In this document: positions 28,593 through 37,674 of the stretch, piece after piece
How positions within the stretch are numbered: position 1 is the first letter of the stretch
Layout: the number at the start of each line of letters is the position of its first letter
From: Candidatus Latescibacterota bacterium
GTDB taxonomy: Bacteria; Latescibacterota; UBA2968; GCA-2709665
Direction of reading: 5' to 3'
Length of the DNA stretch: 64,000 bases
NCBI GenBank assembly: GCA_965116875.1
Contig: OZ220733.1
Coordinates: forward strand, 1,600,001 to 1,664,000
The notes under the pieces: generated by a model
The model's database searches: none
Seen by the model: the letters and a program-made list of their open reading frames with translations, nothing else
What the model was told of the DNA's origin: nothing
Translations under genes and position numbers: made by a program

Positions 28593-31331
28593 ATGATTCA
28601 ATCCGGACGGATTGACGTTGGAGCGTTTATGCCGGAAACAGAAATCAAGCCAGGAGCCCGGTTACGCAGGACGGTGGTGGTGGAAGGCCGGTACGCGCGG
28701 CGATGGCATCAGACACAAGCCGCCATGAACGGCGATCACGGGCTGCTGGTCATTTCAATGGAGGAACTCGCCGCTCGGCTTGCGGGAGGGTTTCTGCGAT
28801 CCGTCCGAACCTCCGATCTCAAGGAACGGGTGAGAGACGCCGCAGCGGCAGGATCGCTCGACGAACTGGATGAAATCAAGGAGCTTCCCGGGTTTCAAAG
28901 GGCGGCAGCGGCCACGCTGTCCAAAGCCTGGCGCGCAAATCTGGGTCTGGCGGGCAGCAGCAAACCGCGCACCCGGTCGCTGGCGATACTCGAACGTGAA
29001 ATACGTTCCAGGTTGCCGAAGAACCAGCTCCCGGACCCCGATCTGGCATTGCGCGCACGCAACCGGGTTGCTCTTGCTCCCGTCCTCTTTGGGCGAATCG
29101 AGATCCATGGCCGCACCGAGTTGTCGCCGGTGTGGCGTGACCTGTTGCTGCGGCTGGGCGTTGAGACGGAGGTGGTCTGGATGGCCGGCGCGAGACCGAC
29201 GCCCGGCTGGCTTGCAGGGTCCGCCATAAACGTCCATGAGAACGAGGCGGCGGATCCCGAAATCCGCGCGGTGTCGTGCGCCACGCCGCGCCACGAAATC
29301 CTGGAAGCCCTGCGTTGGGCGCGGCGACATCTGACGGATGGAACCCCCGCCCAACACATCGCGATCACAGCAGCATCCCCTGCTACGTGGGACGATCACG
29401 TACTGGCCATGGCGGACGCCGCGAAGCTGCCGGTCCACTTCATTCACGGCAAACCGGCGCTTGCGACCCGGGAAGGACAGCTTGCCGCGGCCCTTGCCGA
29501 GGTTCTGCTGCGCGGGCTGTCCCGCACCCGTATGGTCCGCCTGGTGGGTCTGCTTCGGTCTTCTGCCGGGCGCTTCCAATCATTGCCGGAGGACTGGCGG
29601 GAAGTCCTCCCTGACGATGCCCCGCTGCTCGACGCCGACCGATGGGACCAGCTTCTTCAGAGACTGACACCGGAGGACTTTTCCGACGGCAAAGACCATC
29701 GACCGTTGCTGCGGCAGATCATCATGGTACTCCGCCGGGGTCTGGCCAGGGCGGAAGAGATCGGCGAGGCGCTCCTGGCGGACTCAGAAGCGCTGGCAAT
29801 CTGGAAAAGGGCCCTGGTCGAGGGACCGCCGGCCGCTCTGGATGTGACCCTGGCCGGGCTTCGGGTGCAGGACGAAGAAGAGCCGGGCGCCGCCATTGTC
29901 TGGGGACCGGCATCGGCCGTCGCTGCGGTGCCCCGGCCCTTCTGCTGGCTCGTCGGTCTGACCTCTCGCTCGTGGCCCCGCCGCGCCGGAGAGGACCCCC
30001 TGCTCCCAACCCACGTCGTTCGGCAGGAGGAACTGGAGCCCCTACCCGTTCATGAGTCGGACCGCCGGGATTTCGAGACGATCCGCAGGATGGCTGAACG
30101 GCAGGTTGTCTGTTCGAGAGCGCGGAAAGACAGCGAAGGCCGGCTGAATGGCGTCTCTCCACTCTATCCCCAGGACAGGGATGAAGAATTCCTCTCCCAG
30201 GGCCGGGTCCCCGGGCATGCCGCAAGCGAGAGCGACCGGCTCGCGGCCAGACGCCGCGAATTCGCCGCGCTTCCACTGGCCCGATCCGCCACCCGGACGT
30301 GGAGCGACTGGCGCAGCGAGGAACTGACAGCCCATGACGGTCTGATCAGCAAGGGACATCCAATGCTTCTTCGCGCGCTCGACCGCACGCAATCCGCCAC
30401 ATCGCTTGCCAGACTGCTTCGGGACCCCCTTGGATATCTGTGGACCTACGCCTTCGGATGGACGGCGCCTGAAGAAACGGAGGCGCCGTTGACGCTCGAC
30501 GCGCTCGCGTTCGGGTCTCTTCTGCACGAGTTTCTCGGAGAAAGCATCAATCAACTGGAGGAATCCGGACGCGGCGGACTTTCCGGCGCATCCGGGTGGG
30601 AGATGGAACGCACCGTGACGTTGGCGGCAAACGCGGTTGCGGAACGATGGGCGTCCAGGCGGCCCGTCCCGCCGCCCGTCATCTGGCGGCGGAAGTGCGA
30701 GGAGGCGAAGGAGCTGGCCGTGGCCGCGTTGTCGCAGGACGAAGCGCCGCTGACGGGGCAGAGAACCTGGGCGGAAGTTCAGTTCGGCTACGCGGGACGC
30801 AGGAGGGCTTCCGGTGGAAGCGCCGGCGCCAGCCCGCCGTGGGACCTCTCGACGCCAGTCTACATTGACGGTACACAGATCCGTATCGGCGGATTCATCG
30901 ACCGGCTCGATCTGTCGGAAGACCGGCGGCGCGCCCGCGTTACGGATTACAAATCCGGAAAATACCCGGGAAAGCCGCCTCAGATCAACGGCGGCGCCGA
31001 GTTGCAGCGATGCCTCTACGCCTTTGCGGTGAGATCGCTCATCCCTGCGCGGCCCGAGGTCGAAGCGCGTCTGGTCTACCCGCGCAGCGACAGGCCGGCC
31101 CTGGTCCTTGACGACACCGGGGAGACGCTTGCCGAACTGGTGAAATACCTCAACGCGGCCACGGACCTTTTCGTGAACGGAAAAACGCTGAGCGGCGCCG
31201 CGGCTTCCGACCGGTACTACGATCTGTCCTTCGCATTGCCCGGCAGATCGAGAGAGATGTACCTGAAGACCAAGGGGCCCCTCTCTGCAATGGCCCTGAT
31301 GCCGCTTTCTCAACTCTGGGAGCAGCCCTGA
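28593..31331 (+). CDS. AddB/RecC-like protein with C-terminal PD-(D/E)XK nuclease
   Basis: GFIDRLD..VTDYKSG..LQRCLY RecB-type nuclease motifs; degenerate helicase-like body; start may be ATG 28629. Confidence 0.8.
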   Translation: MIQSGRIDVGAFMPETEIKPGARLRRTVVVEGRYARRWHQTQAAMNGDHGLLVISMEELAARLAGGFLRSVRTSDLKERVRDAAAAGSLDELDEIKELPGFQRAAAATLSKAWRANLGLAGSSKPRTRSLAILEREIRSRLPKNQLPDPDLALRARNRVALAPVLFGRIEIHGRTELSPVWRDLLLRLGVETEVVWMAGARPTPGWLAGSAINVHENEAADPEIRAVSCATPRHEILEALRWARRHLTDGTPAQHIAITAASPATWDDHVLAMADAAKLPVHFIHGKPALATREGQLAAALAEVLLRGLSRTRMVRLVGLLRSSAGRFQSLPEDWREVLPDDAPLLDADRWDQLLQRLTPEDFSDGKDHRPLLRQIIMVLRRGLARAEEIGEALLADSEALAIWKRALVEGPPAALDVTLAGLRVQDEEEPGAAIVWGPASAVAAVPRPFCWLVGLTSRSWPRRAGEDPLLPTHVVRQEELEPLPVHESDRRDFETIRRMAERQVVCSRARKDSEGRLNGVSPLYPQDRDEEFLSQGRVPGHAASESDRLAARRREFAALPLARSATRTWSDWRSEELTAHDGLISKGHPMLLRALDRTQSATSLARLLRDPLGYLWTYAFGWTAPEETEAPLTLDALAFGSLLHEFLGESINQLEESGRGGLSGASGWEMERTVTLAANAVAERWASRRPVPPPVIWRRKCEEAKELAVAALSQDEAPLTGQRTWAEVQFGYAGRRRASGGSAGASPPWDLSTPVYIDGTQIRIGGFIDRLDLSEDRRRARVTDYKSGKYPGKPPQINGGAELQRCLYAFAVRSLIPARPEVEARLVYPRSDRPALVLDDTGETLAELVKYLNAATDLFVNGKTLSGAAASDRYYDLSFALPGRSREMYLKTKGPLSAMALMPLSQLWEQP

Positions 31332-31332
31332 G

Positions 31333-34300
31333 ATGCCTTGCGAACGTCAACAGGCGCCGCTTTCCGACCTGGGCGCGCGCATCGATGCGCTCACGCGCCA
31401 CAACCGTTCTCTTCTTGTGGAAGCCGGAGCCGGCAGCGGCAAGACGGCGCTCATGGCAGGCAGGGCGGCGCTGCTCGTGGCGGGGGGGACCGCTCCGAGG
31501 AACATCGCCGCCATCACCTTTACCGAAGCGGCGGCGGCCGAACTCCTGGAGCGAATCGACCGAATCGTGAAGGCCCTCGTTTCCGGCAATCCACCCACGG
31601 AAATCGAACCCGCCATGCCGACCGGTCTGAGCGACGCGCAACGCGCCAATCTCGAAGAAGGCGAAGACACGCTGGACGAGTTGACCTGCACGACCATCCA
31701 CGGCTTCTGTCAGAAACTGATCACGCCCTATCCCGTGGAATCCGGGCAGGACCCCGGCGCTTCGATCATCGACCCGGCGGTTGCCGAACTCGCCTTTGAC
31801 GACCTGGTGGATGCATGGCTGTCGGCGCGGTTCGGACGGGACCCGGCCGAAGACGGCCTGGGGCGTTTGCCGCGGATCCAGCATCCCGGCGCCGAAGGGG
31901 AGGATTTCTTCGCCTCGCTCCTGCAGAGATCGCCGGACGAAACGCTGCGCCTGATCAGAGAGACGGCCCATTTTCTGAGAATACACCGCACGGCCGGAGC
32001 CGGGGTTTCCGAAATCGACGGGGATGCATATAAGAAATGGGTCGACGCCGCACGCACATTCGCGGCCTGGTATGAAGGCACGGGGATTGAAGAACCGGGC
32101 GCCGCCGCCATTGCCGATGATTTCCTCAATACGGCGGAAATGATGGCTGAACCCCGGGCCGGCCGGATTCCGGCGGAACACCTCGCGGCTCTGCTCCATC
32201 ACAGCCCGCCGGACGCCTGCAAGAAAGGCGAACGGAAGTTCAAACAGTGGCGTGCGAAGGGGAAATGGCGAACCGCGGCAAGAGCCGCCGGCTTGAGCGC
32301 CGCCGAGGGAGAGACGCTTTTCGCCGCCGGGCTGGAGCGATATGAAGCGTGCGAAGGGGCGTACGGCGCATTCTGTTACACCCTTGCAGGACTGGCGGTT
32401 CACCGATTCATTTCCGAATTCGATGCGATCCGGAAGCTCTACCATGAATACAAGCGCAATGCGGCGCTGCTCGATTTCGACGACCTGCTGTACCAGGCCA
32501 GGGACCTGCTGCGGGACCACGAACCGGTGCGAAGGGCCCTTGCCGGGCGCTACACGCACATCCTCGTGGATGAATTCCAGGATACAGACCCGCTGCAGGC
32601 GGAAATCATCTGGCGCCTGGCCGGTGAGGGGGATTCCGTGGGGCCGTGGCAGGAACGTGAGATTCGTCCGGGCGCGCTCTTCCTGGTGGGCGACCCCAAG
32701 CAGGCGATTTACCGGTTCCGCGGCGCGGACGTGCAGACGTACCTCACCGCCCGGGACGCGCTTTCGCAACGCGACCCGGCATCCGTCATCAGCATCACGG
32801 CCAACTTCAGGTCGCGGGAACCCATCCTGACGTACGTCAACGGACACTTCGAGAGTCTGCTGGATGAAGAGCGGGGGCAACCCGGATTCACTCCGCTGAC
32901 GGCAACGCGGGACGGGGACGAGGCGACGGTCGGGCCGAGCGTTGCGGCCTTCGACGTCGTACTGGGCGACGAACACCGCACGAAAAAAGGGAAGCTGATT
33001 GTTGAAAGGGTCCGCGAGGAGGAAGCCCACGTCGTCGCGGGAATGGTGGCCCGTATGATCGGGTCCTATCCCGTCTGTGACGCGGACAACGGGAAAACGA
33101 GGCCCGCGAAGGCCTCCGATATCGCGCTGCTCGCCCCAACGGGTACCAGCCTCTGGATATACGAGCGCGCCCTGGAGGAACGCGGCATCCCCATCGCGAC
33201 GCAGGCGGGCAAGGGATTCTTCCGGCGTCAGGAGGTTCAGGACCTGATCGCCGTGGCCCGAACGGTCGCCGACGCACGCGACACGCTGGCTTTCGGCGCG
33301 CTGATCCGGGGTCCGCTGGTCGGCCTCTCAGACGAACAGATCGCCGACGAGATTCATGCATTGCCCGTGTATCCGGACCGATCCGTCCGGCTGGACGTCA
33401 AGACGGATCCTTCGCTGGTCAGGAACCCGGTCCTGCGGCAGACATTGCAGGCCCTGCAAGAGCTAAGGCGAAAACGACGCACGACGACGCCCTGCCAGAT
33501 CATGGCGGAGGCGGTGGAGGCGCTGGGGGTCCGTCCGATTCTGATGGCGCGCCACCGTGGAAGCGCCCGGCGCGCCCTGTCGAACGTCGATCTGTTGCTG
33601 GAAATGGCGCGTCCATACGCGGTGCGAGGCATCGAGGATTTCGCCCGCGCGCTGTGGCAGAGGTGGGAAGATGCGGAAGACCAGGTGGAAGGCCGACATG
33701 ACGAGGCGGAAGATGCCGTCTCCATCATCACCATGCACTCGGCCAAGGGCCTGGAATGGCCTGTCGTCATTCCCATCAATTCGACGACCGGGCTCAAGCA
33801 CCAGGATAGTTTTCTATACCGCCGGCGGGACGACACCGTCCATTTCAGGGTACTGGGCCACGCGGACACCGAATACGAAGAGACGATGCTGGAGGAGATC
33901 AGGGAACTCAACAGGGAACGGGTGCGTTTGTGGTACGTTTCGCTTACACGCGCGCGGGATCTGCTGCTTCTGCCACGGCAGAACGAACGCGTGGACGGGG
34001 ACTGGATGAGCCTGATCGACGTCGACGTGAATTCACTTCCTGCCTTCGACGCGGAGCGGCACAAAAAGGCGCGTACGGTTCAGGATGAACCTGGCGTCAA
34101 CTGTCAGGACCGTGAAACATGGATGGAGGAGGCGGAATCCATCGCCGCCAACCTGCGCACGATCAAGTGGCGCCGCCCCAGCCGTCACGAGGACGCGGTA
34201 CGTGTAGAGGAGGAGGTATCGCCGGCCGTATTTGCGGGCGAAGAGGAGGCCATCGAGGCCATTGACGAGCCCGCCGGCGGTGGCCCCGACAGTACAGCGC

Positions 34301-34785
34301 TGAAACGAGGCCTGATCCTTCACAAGCTGATGGAGGAAGTGCTGACCGGCGAGACGGTGGACGACGACGCCCACGTGCAGGCCCGCGCGAAAGAGCTTAT
34401 CGGACAGCAGGAACTCGAGGACTCCCCGGATGCCTCGTCCCGTATTTCCAGCTTTGGAATGGCGGAGATGGTCATCCGTACCCTGGAACGCCCCGAGATC
34501 GCGTCCCTTCGACCGCGGCTGGCGCCGGAGTACTGGGTCTACGGCAGCGACATCGAAGGCCGGGAGGTGGCCATTACGGCGGGCATTGCGGACGCCGTCA
34601 CGTTCGATGACAATGGCCGCATCGACGTGGTGGTGGACTGGAAGAGCGACACGCGTCTCCGGGAGAGGCAAATCCGGATTTACCGCGAACAGGTCGGGCT
34701 GTACCTCAAGGCCACGGGCGCGAGAACCGGACACGTCGTCTTCCTTGGCCTGGATCACATCGAGACGGTTGTGCGGGAAAACTGA
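31333..34785 (+). CDS. AddA-like UvrD (SF1) helicase-nuclease
   Basis: EAGAGSGKT, ITFT, VDEFQDT, VGDPKQAIYRFRGAD, TMHSAKGLE, YVSLTRA motifs; C-terminal GIAD..VDWKS..Q...Y nuclease. Confidence 0.9.
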   Translation: MPCERQQAPLSDLGARIDALTRHNRSLLVEAGAGSGKTALMAGRAALLVAGGTAPRNIAAITFTEAAAAELLERIDRIVKALVSGNPPTEIEPAMPTGLSDAQRANLEEGEDTLDELTCTTIHGFCQKLITPYPVESGQDPGASIIDPAVAELAFDDLVDAWLSARFGRDPAEDGLGRLPRIQHPGAEGEDFFASLLQRSPDETLRLIRETAHFLRIHRTAGAGVSEIDGDAYKKWVDAARTFAAWYEGTGIEEPGAAAIADDFLNTAEMMAEPRAGRIPAEHLAALLHHSPPDACKKGERKFKQWRAKGKWRTAARAAGLSAAEGETLFAAGLERYEACEGAYGAFCYTLAGLAVHRFISEFDAIRKLYHEYKRNAALLDFDDLLYQARDLLRDHEPVRRALAGRYTHILVDEFQDTDPLQAEIIWRLAGEGDSVGPWQEREIRPGALFLVGDPKQAIYRFRGADVQTYLTARDALSQRDPASVISITANFRSREPILTYVNGHFESLLDEERGQPGFTPLTATRDGDEATVGPSVAAFDVVLGDEHRTKKGKLIVERVREEEAHVVAGMVARMIGSYPVCDADNGKTRPAKASDIALLAPTGTSLWIYERALEERGIPIATQAGKGFFRRQEVQDLIAVARTVADARDTLAFGALIRGPLVGLSDEQIADEIHALPVYPDRSVRLDVKTDPSLVRNPVLRQTLQALQELRRKRRTTTPCQIMAEAVEALGVRPILMARHRGSARRALSNVDLLLEMARPYAVRGIEDFARALWQRWEDAEDQVEGRHDEAEDAVSIITMHSAKGLEWPVVIPINSTTGLKHQDSFLYRRRDDTVHFRVLGHADTEYEETMLEEIRELNRERVRLWYVSLTRARDLLLLPRQNERVDGDWMSLIDVDVNSLPAFDAERHKKARTVQDEPGVNCQDRETWMEEAESIAANLRTIKWRRPSRHEDAVRVEEEVSPAVFAGEEEAIEAIDEPAGGGPDSTALKRGLILHKLMEEVLTGETVDDDAHVQARAKELIGQQELEDSPDASSRISSFGMAEMVIRTLERPEIASLRPRLAPEYWVYGSDIEGREVAITAGIADAVTFDDNGRIDVVVDWKSDTRLRERQIRIYREQVGLYLKATGARTGHVVFLGLDHIETVVREN

Positions 34786-34943
34786 ATGGACACTTGCCGA
34801 CGTCCGCCTTGCATAGAAGCACCGTTGGCGGAAAATTATCGAAATGCAGCAGTTCTTCAGTGCAATTTGCGGTTGATGTTGGACCGGCTCTATCGAAACG
34901 GCGTCAAGGAATTGCGGGTTAACGGGAATTTTCGGGAAAACGC

Positions 34944-36125
34944 ATGCGGATTGTCCATGTCAATCAATTCTATATTCCGGGTCTGAGTTACCAGGAAAAC
35001 ATCCTGCCTCACGAACAGGCAAAACTGGGTCACGACGTGTGGATCCTGACCAGCGACCGCCTGCCGCACCCGAAGAAGTACCCCGAATCAAAGGGCCGGC
35101 TGCCTCAGGGAATCCACCGCGAAGGCCCGGTACGCATCTGGAGGCTGCCTTCCCTTGTGCCCATCAAGAGCCGCGCGCAGGTGTACATCCGAAAACTGAA
35201 CCGCACGATCTACAGGCTTCGACCCGACGTGGTCAACACCCACGGTCTGAGGTTCTTTCCGGTTCTTCAGGTTCTGTCCAAACGCCCTTTCTACGTTCAC
35301 GTTGGCGATGATCATTCCGACAACGGCAATTTGCCCGCGGGGCCTGGCAACGTCATCCGGTTCGGCATTGGAAAGCAGGTATGCCGGCAGATCTGCCGTC
35401 TTGGAGGCAGGATCTTCACGTCCAATCCCTTTGCGGAGTGGTTCGTGAAAGAAGTGTACGCGGCGCGCGCGGAAAGCGTCCATCTCCTCCCTCTGGGCGT
35501 CAATACCCAATCATTCTTCCCGGATCCGATGAAGCGCGAGGCCTGGCGAAACAGCTTCGGCATTCCGGACGGCGTCTGCTTGTTCGTCACCTCCGGTCGT
35601 CTCACCCCGGGAAAGGGATTTGAACTCTTTTTCAAGGCCTTTGCCGACGTACACCGCCGTCACAAGGCAACAAGACTGGCGATTGCGGGTTCGGGAACTC
35701 CCGAATACGAAGCGCAGCTCAACGGCCTCGCACGGGGTCTGGGTATTTCCAACGCGGTGATCTTTCTGAAGTGGATGGCCGAAAAGGACCTGTGCACGGT
35801 CTACAATGCCGCCGACGTGGGCGTGATGCCCGGTAAACTGGGCGGGATGAAGGAATTCCTGGGCGTAGGCCGTCCTCTGATCGCACCCGACCATCTCGCG
35901 ACCGGCTATCTGGTGGAAAAGAAGAACGGGATTGCGTTCACCCCCGACGATCGAGCGAGTCTCGCCCGCGCGATGCTGGACTATGCCGGGAACCCGGAAC
36001 TCAGGAATCGGCATGGTGAGGCTTCTCTTCACGTGTCCGGACACCAACTCTCGTGGGCCGGGATCGCGCGAGACAGCATTCGGGTGTACGAAGAGTTGCT
36101 GGAGAATTCCCCTGAATATCATTGA
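34944..36125 (+). CDS. GT4 glycosyltransferase
   Basis: MRIVHV start, GHDV, SGRL..GKG and YNAADV motifs. Confidence 0.82.
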   Translation: MRIVHVNQFYIPGLSYQENILPHEQAKLGHDVWILTSDRLPHPKKYPESKGRLPQGIHREGPVRIWRLPSLVPIKSRAQVYIRKLNRTIYRLRPDVVNTHGLRFFPVLQVLSKRPFYVHVGDDHSDNGNLPAGPGNVIRFGIGKQVCRQICRLGGRIFTSNPFAEWFVKEVYAARAESVHLLPLGVNTQSFFPDPMKREAWRNSFGIPDGVCLFVTSGRLTPGKGFELFFKAFADVHRRHKATRLAIAGSGTPEYEAQLNGLARGLGISNAVIFLKWMAEKDLCTVYNAADVGVMPGKLGGMKEFLGVGRPLIAPDHLATGYLVEKKNGIAFTPDDRASLARAMLDYAGNPELRNRHGEASLHVSGHQLSWAGIARDSIRVYEELLENSPEYH

Positions 36126-36156
36126 GAAATCTGCACCGCACTGAAGGAAACAAGCA

Positions 36157-36798
36157 ATGAAGATCCTCGATCTGGGTTGCGGCCTGAAAAAATCTCCAGG
36201 TGCGATCGGTCTGGATATCTGGCGCGGGTCCGACGCGGACGTGGTGGCTGATCTGAGCGGTCCTTGCCTGCCTTTCAAAGACAATGTGTTTGAGAAGGTG
36301 ACGTTGACCCACGTCATCGAACACGTATGGGATACGGTTCATCTGATGGAGGAGATAGGACGGGTTTCCGCTGACGGCGCAACCATCGAAGGCGCTACGC
36401 CTCACTTTTCGTCGTCCGGTTCCTACGCCGATCCCACCCACTGCCATCATTTCGCATGCCGGACATTCGAGTACCTTTCGTATTCCGATGAAAAACCCGG
36501 GTACATCAAGAGGTTCCTGCGTTTACTGTACGATCCCGGCAGCATCAGGCTTAGAACCGGAGGACCCGCGAAGCTCCGCAAGCAGCAGGTTCAATTGAGA
36601 TTCAACCGGGTATTCGCGTGGATTGGAATCGAGCGTCTGGCGAACGTCTATCCCGAGTTATATGAGGCCTTTTTTTCGGGTATTGTACCCGCCAGGGAAA
36701 TCGTGTTTCGATTGAAGGCGGTAAAGAAGAAGGCAAGCGAGGATGATGAAGGCGGCATGAATTCGTGCGATGGAGAATCATCCAATCCACATCCCTGA
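36157..36798 (+). CDS. Class I SAM-dependent methyltransferase
   Basis: LDLGCG, HVIEH and DPTH motifs. Confidence 0.85.
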   Translation: MKILDLGCGLKKSPGAIGLDIWRGSDADVVADLSGPCLPFKDNVFEKVTLTHVIEHVWDTVHLMEEIGRVSADGATIEGATPHFSSSGSYADPTHCHHFACRTFEYLSYSDEKPGYIKRFLRLLYDPGSIRLRTGGPAKLRKQQVQLRFNRVFAWIGIERLANVYPELYEAFFSGIVPAREIVFRLKAVKKKASEDDEGGMNSCDGESSNPHP

Positions 36799-36842
36799 AA
36801 ATCCGCACAAACGACGGCCGAATCTGATCTGAGGCGCAAGTT

Positions 36843-37670
36843 TTGTCTGAAACAGCTCCGTTGCTATCCGTCATCATCGTCAGCGTCAACACCGGGAAAT
36901 GGTTGCAGCCGTGTCTCGAATCCTTGCGGAAACAGGAGAACTTCGAATCGCTTGAAGTGGTGGTTGTGGACAACGGATCCACCGACGGATCGGCCGACAC
37001 GCTACGACGGAAATTCCCGGGCGTTAAATTCGTGGGCCTGGACAAGACCGTCGGTTTCGGCAAGGCGAATAACATCGGCGCCGCACAGTGCCGCGCGCCA
37101 ATACTGCTCTTTCTGAATCCCGATACGACAGTCCGCGAAGGCAGCCTATCGCCGATACTGGCGAGATTCGAGGACCATCCGCGGTGCGGCGTTGCCGGCG
37201 GTATTGTCCTGGACGGCGGGGGCGAGCTCGAGCGTTCCGCAGGATCCCTTCCGTCGCTCTTCAGCATGGCATTGGGCCGCCTGCTGAAATACCTGCCGCC
37301 GGCACGGCCGATTCTGGGACGCTTCTCCAATCAGCACTGGACGGGATACGACAGACCGCGCCAGGTAAACTGGGTTACCGGGGCATATCTGTGGATTCGA
37401 AAAGAGATCTACGACAGGGTTGGGGGATTTGACGAGGGATATTTCATGTACTGTGAGGACGTGGATCTCTGTTACAGGGTCAGCCAAATCGGATACCAGT
37501 GCCGGTTTTTTCCCGAGGGCCCGATCGTCCACTACGGCGGCAAATCTCCAGTGCCGCGTCCTCGAAAGAAGATGCTGTTCGAAAGCCTCCGTTATTTCGC
37601 CGAAAAGCACTACCCGTCTCCCAGATACTGGCTGACAAGATGTGTCTTCCGGTTCATGTCGAGACCTTGA
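36843..37670 (+). CDS. GT2 glycosyltransferase (WbbL-like)
   Basis: VDNGSTDGS, GFGKANN, LNPD and GGFDEGYFMYCEDVD motifs. Confidence 0.9.
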   Translation: MSETAPLLSVIIVSVNTGKWLQPCLESLRKQENFESLEVVVVDNGSTDGSADTLRRKFPGVKFVGLDKTVGFGKANNIGAAQCRAPILLFLNPDTTVREGSLSPILARFEDHPRCGVAGGIVLDGGGELERSAGSLPSLFSMALGRLLKYLPPARPILGRFSNQHWTGYDRPRQVNWVTGAYLWIRKEIYDRVGGFDEGYFMYCEDVDLCYRVSQIGYQCRFFPEGPIVHYGGKSPVPRPRKKMLFESLRYFAEKHYPSPRYWLTRCVFRFMSRP

Positions 37671-37674
37671 CGCC

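Noticed and set aside
28593-34785. Assigning addB/addA symbols
   Set aside because: The architecture is similar, but orthology to housekeeping AddAB cannot be shown from sequence alone
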